DNA of 64,000 nucleotides from Candidatus Obscuribacterales bacterium (GTDB lineage Bacteria; Cyanobacteriota; Vampirovibrionia; Obscuribacterales; Obscuribacteraceae): NCBI GenBank assembly GCA_019746975.1, contig JAIERK010000130.1, positions 907 to 64,906 of the forward strand, read 5' to 3'. Shown piece by piece: positions 28,689 to 35,784 of this stretch (position 1 is its first letter; each line of letters starts with the position of its first letter). The notes under the pieces were generated by a model. It saw only the letters and a program-made list of their open reading frames with translations, ran no database searches and was not told where the DNA came from. The position numbers and the translations under genes were made by a program.

Positions 28689-31600
28689 ATGCATCAATTG
28701 CTACGTCAAAATCAAGTCAGATACCTGGATGTTAAGCCGTACATCCGAACATTCAGCCGTAACAATCCAACCGAGTTGGGTGAATGGGCCAAAGAGGAAG
28801 GCGGGCTGTTCGAGCCTGGCACCTTGATTTTTCTGCTTGAGCCGGCAAAACGGCCGCCAGGTATGTCATCCTTCGCTCGCGGTCAGCAGCCGGCTGAAGT
28901 TGCACAAGATGCGTTCAGAGTTAAAGATATGTGCGTCGTCGTCGACAAAATCGAGGGCAAGTGTTGGGTGCTGGCGATATCGCCAAGCGCATTCGAGCTC
29001 CGCTTTATTGACACATTGTTCAGAGAGAAATCGCAGAAGGCATTTCTGGAAGGCCTGGATTTCAACTATCTCGCTGCACAACCCAGACCTCCACTCAATC
29101 AGGCGAAGCTGAAAGAGCTCAGGCAGTTGAGCACACTCTATAGTAAATCGGGTTCGAGAAGAACAGTTGCACAGGATGGTTCCGGACCAGACGAGCCGGC
29201 AAAAGCGATGCTTGCATTTTTAGGTGCGGATCTGAGCGCTAGCGTCGGTAAGCAGGTCATGGAACTGGGGTCCATTTGCAACATGATCTTTGCTCCGGAG
29301 AGCGTCCAGGAAAACAAACTGCAAAGCATGGTGAAGAGCTGCTTTACGCCAATTCTCGCTTCCGATAAGTTGAAAACTCCTCCAACTGTAGCCACGAAGC
29401 AGGTGTTGGAGAGCCAGGCTCAGATGAATGAGGAAGTTTCTCTCTTGACTCAGGCCTACCTGGAAAGCGAAGCCAAAGAAGCAGAGGACTACATCGCCAG
29501 CCAGCCTGACATCGAAAATCGTAGTCCAGCTGCGCCGACGCCTGAGGAGTTCAAGAAGCTTGACGTCCCTTCACCGGAGCCTCCTCCAGGATTTGATATC
29601 GTGGCATTTTCGCCTCAACCTTCAAAAGAGCTTCTCGGTGGTCAACCAGCCTCTCTGGATGCGGCACCCGACATTCCAATGATACTTACAGGAGAGCACC
29701 AGGTTGTGACGGTAGGTGATACGAAGAACGGTCAATCTAAGAAAGTGCCATCCTTACCTGCATGGTACATGACGACCCACGATGTGGGCGAAATGAATCA
29801 GGTGGCAATTCGTCGCACTCAGATTTCACCATCAATGCCGGAAGGGCTAGATAAGCTGGAGACAGAGCTGTCTTACGATGCCCTGCCTGTTGTCGATACG
29901 CGCTTTCGAGAATCACAAGAGACGCCTGAGCCGGTCAATCCTGCTGCAATTTCTCCGGCAGAGGCGGCAAAACCGACATTCTCGGAACAGTTCAGAGCAG
30001 ACTACGATAAAGGTCAAGCAGGGCAGGCCGCTTTTCCCTCGGTCTCCAACCTCTTTGAGACGGCTGCTCCATTCATTCAAGAAGAGCCTCAGGAGCCAGT
30101 AGCCTGGCCTACGAGTGATAGTTCATCAACAGAGACAAGTAAATCGACAGAGGTACCTAAAGATTTTGTCGATTCGATTTTCCAGGAAGGTGGAGCCAGA
30201 AGCTCTCTGGAAACCAATCCGGACGCCCGTGAATCGCAGATTGAACGTCGGCGGAGAAAGCCGGTTCAGCCTGGTGACTGGCAGCCACTGTCTACGGTGC
30301 GCGAGCCGGAAAAGGAAGATTGGAGCAAAGATGAGCCGAAGGGCGCTACTGAAGCTGCTCGACCAACGATGGATCTGCCTGTAGATGGTAATCTGTTTGA
30401 CAAACTTGCTGGTCAGACATCGGACGAACTCGGGCAGATCATCGATCAGCCACCGGGCTGGGGCGCAGATGAGTCTTCGCCTGGTGGCGTGCCAACGAAT
30501 CTCAAGGACATGCTGACTGTCGACAGCGCCGTTTTCAGTACTGCGCAACCGAACGCAGAGAGCGGTCCTGCTGCCGTCGAAAGCGTTCTTTCCGAGATCT
30601 CGCCCAGCGAACCAGCGAGCCCCCCTGCAGATGCCACCAATAGCAGTGCGAGCGACGCGGACGAATCGCCTGATCCCTGGACGAAGCTGCCCACGAAGAG
30701 CGATGACAGGCCCGTCGATTCGACGGGGTGGCAGCCGCCTGACTCTCTAGACGAAGTTGTCCCCGCGGCCCAAGGAGCAGCCGGCTGGTCCGCGTTGTCC
30801 AGCGAAGGAGCCGCTGCCGAACCTGCAGTCTCCCAATCCACTTCTGAGGAAGCAAAAAATCCGGGAGACCAGGAGAACTATAAAGAACTGGCAAAGGCCC
30901 TTAACGGCTTGATGGACTCTGAGGCCGTTGAGAGTCCAGCTCCTATCGCAGCTCCGCCTGAAGATGAACGTCTGGTGGACCCAGAAGAGCCTCCTGTCGA
31001 GACGCCTAAGGAGGATGATATCAGTCCGGCTGCGCCAGCCGAGGAGTCCGCACCTGCTGTATCTCTTTCTACTGGAGCAGAGCCGGAGGCGGAAACTGCC
31101 GAACTGGCTTCGCCGGAAGAAGCCACTAGCGGTGGTGCGTCCCTTGAAGCGCCGGCAGCACCAACCGTCGCCTCCGAAACACTCTTCCCCCGCCGGTCTG
31201 TCATCGAAGACGATGAACCATCTCCTCCGCCGCTGGCCACCCGTGCAGGCGGCTCCTTGTTCCCCACACCGACTTCGTCCCAGGCAGAATCCTTGTTCCC
31301 TCGACCGGCGGAACTTGCCGAAGAGGAATCTGAGGTAGTACCATATGCGGTGCTGCCGCAACCCGAAGCCGCGAATCCACCGCTCACCCTTGAGGAGCCT
31401 GAAGCTTCCACGGTCGAGCCGATTCTCGGCGATACAGTTCTACCGCCTCAATCGGTCGATGCGGTGATGGAAGTGCCGCTCGCGAGTGGGGCTGTGTCCA
31501 GTCCGTCCATGGAGCGGGCCGAACCGGTCAATCCGGCGGCCCTGGAGCCACCCAATCCCTCTCTGATTGACGTGCCTCCTGCACCGACAGCAGCGGACGA

Positions 31601-33746
31601 ACCCGTCGACGAACCGGTGTTGGCAGGTGTCGAGAAGGTGGAGTCCGTGGAGCTGCCACCAGCCGTCGACCCAGAGCCCGTGAAGCCAGAGTCAATCACT
31701 ACCGACTCATACCTCTCGGGAGTAGAACGGCAGGTGATGCCGTCACTCGAAACTGATATGTCCGACAGTGTGATTGATAACGTGCTGGATCTGGCCGAAG
31801 CCGAGCCGACCAAAGAAGCTGATGAAATCCCGCCGACTGATGACGAGCCGGGTCGGGAGATGACTCAAGATCTAGACAAAGCCATATTGCAGAGATTCAA
31901 CCGGGGTGACAAAACATTGCCCCAGAGCGTCGCCGAAGAGCTCAGGTTCGCGCCCGAAGAAGAAGCAGTTGCCCAGGCACCGCTGACGGTGCCACTGCCA
32001 CCGCCGCCGCCGGTGGAGCAACCGGCGCCTGTAATGAGTGAAGCGACTCTCGAAATCGAGCAGGCATTGGTTGGCGATGACTCGGCTGAGAAGGCATATA
32101 CGATATCTTCTGTCACGGCTCCTATCATCACGCCGCCACCGCCGGAAGTGGCACCGTACATACCAGCTGGGCTGGCAGATCGGCAGCCGATCATACCACC
32201 AGCGCCGAGAAAGGATGAGCAAAGCCTGCTGAGCGGCTCGTACCTCACTCAGACCTCGCCTGCACCGTTAGCCGATCTCCCTGAGAGCGTCGAGGACTCC
32301 GGAGTTTTCTTGACCGAAAAACCGCAAGAGAAGAGCCCGGCGGCTCCCGCCACGCAGCGCCCGATCCAGCCTGCAATGGAGCCGAAGCTGGTTATCTCGG
32401 AATCGACCAGATTCATGGCCCGGTTGAATCAGCGTCTTTCTGAAGCAGAGAAGAAGCTGTCCAACCGATGCGATCAGTCGCGTGATCGACTGATCCGAGA
32501 GTTGGAAGCGCTGGTCGACGAGTCGCGCAAGATTGAGCGGCAGAATGAGCTGGCAACGGGCGGTTTGACTGAGAGGCTGATTGCGAATCTGGTGAAAGTG
32601 ACCGCGGATGTCAAAGCCAGGATTGCAAAGTCCGCTACTGAAAGCAGAGAAGCGCTTCGCGATGTCATCCAATCTGCAGAAGAGAGCGTTTCTGAGCTCA
32701 ACAGTGAGTTGACGCAAGAGTTGGATTCCATCGAAGAGAAGTTCAACGCTGATTCCGACGTGCTTACTGATAAGACCAGGGCCGCCCTTAATCAACATGC
32801 GCAGGATCGCATCACCGAATACAATCGCAAAGTAGATGAGATAGCGAACTCGCTGGAGTCTGTTTACAAACACCACCTCGGTGTGATGTTGACAAGGTTC
32901 AGCAAGTTCGAGACGCGACTGACTGAAGAGGTCAATGCGATCATTAGCTCACTGGACCGCAACGTCGCCTCCATGAATGTCGAAATCGACGGTTCCTGGG
33001 ATCGTGCTTCTGAAAAGCTCACCAGTAGTCAGACTGAGTTTGCAAACAGTGTGAGTTTCCTGGTTCATTCTTGCAAAGCCGAGATCAAACAGGTTCACCT
33101 GGATGCTTATGCCAGCACTGTTTTCCCGAGATTGGTGGAAAACAAGGACATATTCAGAGCCATGCTTGCAGACATGAAGCGCAACTTCGAAGAGCAATCC
33201 GACAAGATTCGCAAGCAACAGGTAGAAGGTCTCAGCTCCACGATAGACAAGGCTCGTCTCGAACTGAACACAGTGACGAGGGAGTCCTTGAGCACAATCG
33301 AGTCGGTCGGAAAAGGACAGCAGTTTGGTCTGGAAGAGTTATTCAACTCGACCTCGAAAAGATTGGAAGACATCATCGACATCGTGGAAAGCAGGCTCAA
33401 GACTGCCAAGCAAGAGATCGTCAACAACGATGAGGCTTGCATGAAGGCCTCCGAAGCTTCGCGCGTCGAGGATGAGCCTGCGTTTGCAAAAGAGAAGCAG
33501 CAAGCAATCGCGGCTCTCAACGATTGCCGCACCAAGGCAGACAACACGCTAGAGACTAGCATCAGTTCGAGCTGCCTCAACCTCGAGCACTTCAGCGAAG
33601 AGTTGCAAGAGGATCTGGCTAAGCAGCGCGCAGACTGGACCGCACAGGTTCGTCTCACGGCGGATGAAAGTCTCATGCGCGTGAAGCAGGCGATTCAAGA
33701 TGCTTTTCAGTCCATAGAGACTGAGAAAGAAAAATACATGGAATAA
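28689..33746 (+). CDS. giant hypothetical protein (1685 aa): N-terminal globular region, ~1000 aa Pro/Glu/Ala/Ser-rich low-complexity centre, C-terminal ~450 aa helical domain resembling the two preceding proteins
   Basis: It is a single uninterrupted ORF. The centre is dominated by P, E, A, S, with PPPPP runs, a (S/T)LFP motif three times, and isolated Trp residues in acidic context. From about RFMARLNQRLSEAEKKL onward the sequence returns to the Pro-free E/K/L/S-rich helical style. Confidence 0.75.
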   Translation: MHQLLRQNQVRYLDVKPYIRTFSRNNPTELGEWAKEEGGLFEPGTLIFLLEPAKRPPGMSSFARGQQPAEVAQDAFRVKDMCVVVDKIEGKCWVLAISPSAFELRFIDTLFREKSQKAFLEGLDFNYLAAQPRPPLNQAKLKELRQLSTLYSKSGSRRTVAQDGSGPDEPAKAMLAFLGADLSASVGKQVMELGSICNMIFAPESVQENKLQSMVKSCFTPILASDKLKTPPTVATKQVLESQAQMNEEVSLLTQAYLESEAKEAEDYIASQPDIENRSPAAPTPEEFKKLDVPSPEPPPGFDIVAFSPQPSKELLGGQPASLDAAPDIPMILTGEHQVVTVGDTKNGQSKKVPSLPAWYMTTHDVGEMNQVAIRRTQISPSMPEGLDKLETELSYDALPVVDTRFRESQETPEPVNPAAISPAEAAKPTFSEQFRADYDKGQAGQAAFPSVSNLFETAAPFIQEEPQEPVAWPTSDSSSTETSKSTEVPKDFVDSIFQEGGARSSLETNPDARESQIERRRRKPVQPGDWQPLSTVREPEKEDWSKDEPKGATEAARPTMDLPVDGNLFDKLAGQTSDELGQIIDQPPGWGADESSPGGVPTNLKDMLTVDSAVFSTAQPNAESGPAAVESVLSEISPSEPASPPADATNSSASDADESPDPWTKLPTKSDDRPVDSTGWQPPDSLDEVVPAAQGAAGWSALSSEGAAAEPAVSQSTSEEAKNPGDQENYKELAKALNGLMDSEAVESPAPIAAPPEDERLVDPEEPPVETPKEDDISPAAPAEESAPAVSLSTGAEPEAETAELASPEEATSGGASLEAPAAPTVASETLFPRRSVIEDDEPSPPPLATRAGGSLFPTPTSSQAESLFPRPAELAEEESEVVPYAVLPQPEAANPPLTLEEPEASTVEPILGDTVLPPQSVDAVMEVPLASGAVSSPSMERAEPVNPAALEPPNPSLIDVPPAPTAADEPVDEPVLAGVEKVESVELPPAVDPEPVKPESITTDSYLSGVERQVMPSLETDMSDSVIDNVLDLAEAEPTKEADEIPPTDDEPGREMTQDLDKAILQRFNRGDKTLPQSVAEELRFAPEEEAVAQAPLTVPLPPPPPVEQPAPVMSEATLEIEQALVGDDSAEKAYTISSVTAPIITPPPPEVAPYIPAGLADRQPIIPPAPRKDEQSLLSGSYLTQTSPAPLADLPESVEDSGVFLTEKPQEKSPAAPATQRPIQPAMEPKLVISESTRFMARLNQRLSEAEKKLSNRCDQSRDRLIRELEALVDESRKIERQNELATGGLTERLIANLVKVTADVKARIAKSATESREALRDVIQSAEESVSELNSELTQELDSIEEKFNADSDVLTDKTRAALNQHAQDRITEYNRKVDEIANSLESVYKHHLGVMLTRFSKFETRLTEEVNAIISSLDRNVASMNVEIDGSWDRASEKLTSSQTEFANSVSFLVHSCKAEIKQVHLDAYASTVFPRLVENKDIFRAMLADMKRNFEEQSDKIRKQQVEGLSSTIDKARLELNTVTRESLSTIESVGKGQQFGLEELFNSTSKRLEDIIDIVESRLKTAKQEIVNNDEACMKASEASRVEDEPAFAKEKQQAIAALNDCRTKADNTLETSISSSCLNLEHFSEELQEDLAKQRADWTAQVRLTADESLMRVKQAIQDAFQSIETEKEKYME

Positions 33747-33898
33747 ATCGTTACGAAGCGATTGCCAACAATCAACTGCGTCGTGTCAAAAACGGCGCTC
33801 CGTGCCATTGCCGTCACGAACAGTTAATCTCTATGCCGTTTAGGATGTCAAGCCGAAAGGGCATAGGGAACTTGGAGGTATTAGTACTAGGAAACTAG

Positions 33899-34598
33899 GT
33901 GGGGCAAGAAAAGTGTCAATATAAAGGATTCCGATCTGAACAGTTATCCCGACCACCAAGTACCCCCCCCTCTTGCGGAATTCGCCAGAGACTGGCCCGG
34001 CCTTGACTACGATGAAGAGTCCAACGAGATCTTCCTCTATCACGGCACCAATTGCTATCGACGCTGGGAGATTAACAAGTCCGGATTCCTGGAGCCCGGT
34101 CGCAACCACTACAGCTTCTTCTCGACAGATCCGCTGGATGCTTACACTTATGCTCGAGCCGCTTGCATGCGCGACATCGGGCCGAACTCTTTCAATTCCT
34201 TGATTTGTGAGCCGGTCGTACTCAAAGTAAGGTTCAACAGCAGAACCTGGCTTCAGGTCGACTTTTTGAAACTGAGCACCGGTGAAGACACGGCGGCCTC
34301 TGTTTTTGAAGCTGCAGTGCTTGGCCCTGTCTCGTGCACCAACATCGTTGACGTCGTACACTGCACGCACGGAAGGCGCCTGGGAGCTGGTGATTCCAAT
34401 CGGACATTCGAAGATGGCCGATTCCTCGATAGCATTCGCCATCTTAGAGACAAGCTGGGGCAGAATCGCGTTGATTCCTGGGTGTTGAAAAAGCTAGGAA
34501 TAATGCGACAAACAGTTGAAGTCAAGCTTTCCGGCGGGGAAGTCCCTGAGTTGACTTCCGATGACCATTTGAGGAAGCTTCGGCAAGCGAGAGCCTGA
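33899..34598 (+). CDS. putative ADP-ribosyltransferase-fold protein (Tpt1/KptA NAD-lobe-like); reading frame needs a 1-nt correction at a C8 tract, or a non-canonical start
   Basis: The frame is open from 33900 to the stop at 34596-34598. It encodes ...EIFLYHGTNCYRRWEINKSGFLEPGRNHYSFFSTDPLDAYTYARAA...ICEPVVLKVRF. Its first canonical start is only at 34167, downstream of the conserved YHGT. A GTG at 33899, preceded by AGGAAA, is in the adjacent frame and would join this frame if the C8 run (33963-33970) were C7. Confidence 0.45.
33963..33970 (+). repeat. homopolymeric C8 tract between the SD/GTG and the conserved domain of the ART-like ORF
   Basis: Read directly: ta-cccccccc-tc at 33961-33972. 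Confidence 0.9.
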
Positions 34599-34619
34599 GC
34601 TAACCCGTATAATCAGAGC

Positions 34620-35708
34620 ATGGAAAGGAATTATTCAGTGAGAAGCGCTTTGTTTGTCAGTGTTGTTGGCTGCATTGTCCTGTCGTGCCAATTTCAGAGC
34701 GCTGGTGCGCAAGACTCCGCAATGAGCGAAGCGGAGATGCAGCATATGCTCAACCAGATGAATTCGTGGAACAAACCTGGTCCATCGCAAGGACAGTCCG
34801 GCTGGCAGCAGCCGAATATGCAGGCACCAGCGAAGAATCAAGGGTTTCAGCAACAACAGTTCTACCACCTGCCTGGTCAGTCCATGATGCAGCCTAATCA
34901 AGGCATGACACAGTTTTCGCCTATGTCTGGTGTTCCGACCCAGCCAATGATGCAGGGTAATCAGGGAATGACGCAGTTTCCGCCTATGTCTGGTGTTCCG
35001 ACCCAGTCGATGATGCAGGGTAATCAGGGAATGACGCAGTTTCTGCCTATGTCTGGTGTTCCGACCCAGCCGATGATGCAGCCTAATCAAGGCATGACAC
35101 AGTTTTCGCCTATGTCTGGTGTTCCGACCCAGCCAATGATGCGGGGTAATCAGGGAATGACGCAGTTTCCGCCTATGTCTGGTGTTCCGACCCAGCCGAT
35201 GATGCAGGGTAATCAGGGAATGACGCAGTTTCCGCCTATGTCTGGTGTTCCGACTCAACCCATACAACAAGGCGGAATCTCTCAAACGGCAGGTGTAGGT
35301 CCGAAGTTCAACCTGTCCAATATTCTCGGTGGAGCTCGCCCTGGTGGAGGCGGAATCTTCAGGCAGATGGCCCAACTCAATCAGCAGGGTGGTGGCGGCT
35401 CGAGTTCGTCCTCACAACAGTCCGCGATGGATGCAATCTCGTATGAGCTCAGTCGAGCAAAGACTATGGCAGCACAAGCTGTCGATTACATGGATGATGC
35501 ACGAAGTGCCCGCGATCGTTCATCTAAGCAATCAGCCGCATCCGAAGCTCGTTACTATGCAAATGAGGCGCGTACTGCTGCCGATAGGGCGGAATCACGC
35601 GCCTACGAGGCACCGCAGGGGCGAGACATGGCCAGCTCCGCTCGAGCTGAAGCCAATCGCGCCCAATCTGCCGCCGACTATGCTCAAGACGCCGCCGGTG
35701 GCTGGTAG
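34620..35708 (+). CDS. secreted Met/Gln-rich tandem-repeat protein with Ala/Arg-rich helical C-terminus
   Basis: It has a signal-like N-terminus (SALFVSVVGCIVLSCQFQSAGAQD). Six 21-aa repeats read MMQ(G/P)NQGMTQF(P/S/L)PMSGVPTQP. The C-terminal part is SARDRSSKQSAASEARYYANEARTAADRAESRAYEA...RAEANRAQSAADYAQDAAGGW. Confidence 0.75.
   Translation: MERNYSVRSALFVSVVGCIVLSCQFQSAGAQDSAMSEAEMQHMLNQMNSWNKPGPSQGQSGWQQPNMQAPAKNQGFQQQQFYHLPGQSMMQPNQGMTQFSPMSGVPTQPMMQGNQGMTQFPPMSGVPTQSMMQGNQGMTQFLPMSGVPTQPMMQPNQGMTQFSPMSGVPTQPMMRGNQGMTQFPPMSGVPTQPMMQGNQGMTQFPPMSGVPTQPIQQGGISQTAGVGPKFNLSNILGGARPGGGGIFRQMAQLNQQGGGGSSSSSQQSAMDAISYELSRAKTMAAQAVDYMDDARSARDRSSKQSAASEARYYANEARTAADRAESRAYEAPQGRDMASSARAEANRAQSAADYAQDAAGGW
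34884..35261 (+). repeat. six tandem 63-bp coding repeats, organised as a 189-bp higher-order unit (A-B-B-A-B-B)
   Basis: Units start at 34884, 34947, 35010, 35073, 35136 and 35199. Units 1 and 4 are identical over 63/63 nt. Units 2, 3, 5 and 6 differ from each other by only a few substitutions. Confidence 0.95.
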
Positions 35709-35784
35709 TTTAGCGCACTCCAACTAACTTGTGAAAACCTGGGCATACCTGTATATAGGAGATTGCTTTTCGGAGAAGTATTGA

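Noticed and set aside
30446-31411. Several 120-200 aa ORFs in other frames and on the other strand within the giant gene (e.g. 30747-31361, 30878-31411, 30928-31338)
   Set aside because: They lie in the GC- and Pro/Ala/Glu-codon-rich low-complexity region, where stop codons are rare in all frames. The 1685 aa frame is continuous and flanked by normal coding sequence.
33840-34442. 200 aa minus-strand ORF, and the 76 aa plus-strand ORF 33973-34203, overlapping the ART-like region
   Set aside because: Neither shows any motif. The third frame carries the FLYHGT...PVVLKV block that parallels Tpt1/KptA, so I assign coding to that frame despite its start-codon problem.
34635-35375. 246 aa minus-strand ORF rich in HRRKLRHSLITLHHRLGRNTR repeats
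   Set aside because: It is the antisense reading of the 63-bp tandem repeats. The plus-strand ORF has a signal peptide, a sensible N-terminus and non-repetitive flanks, so this open frame is a by-product of the repeat.
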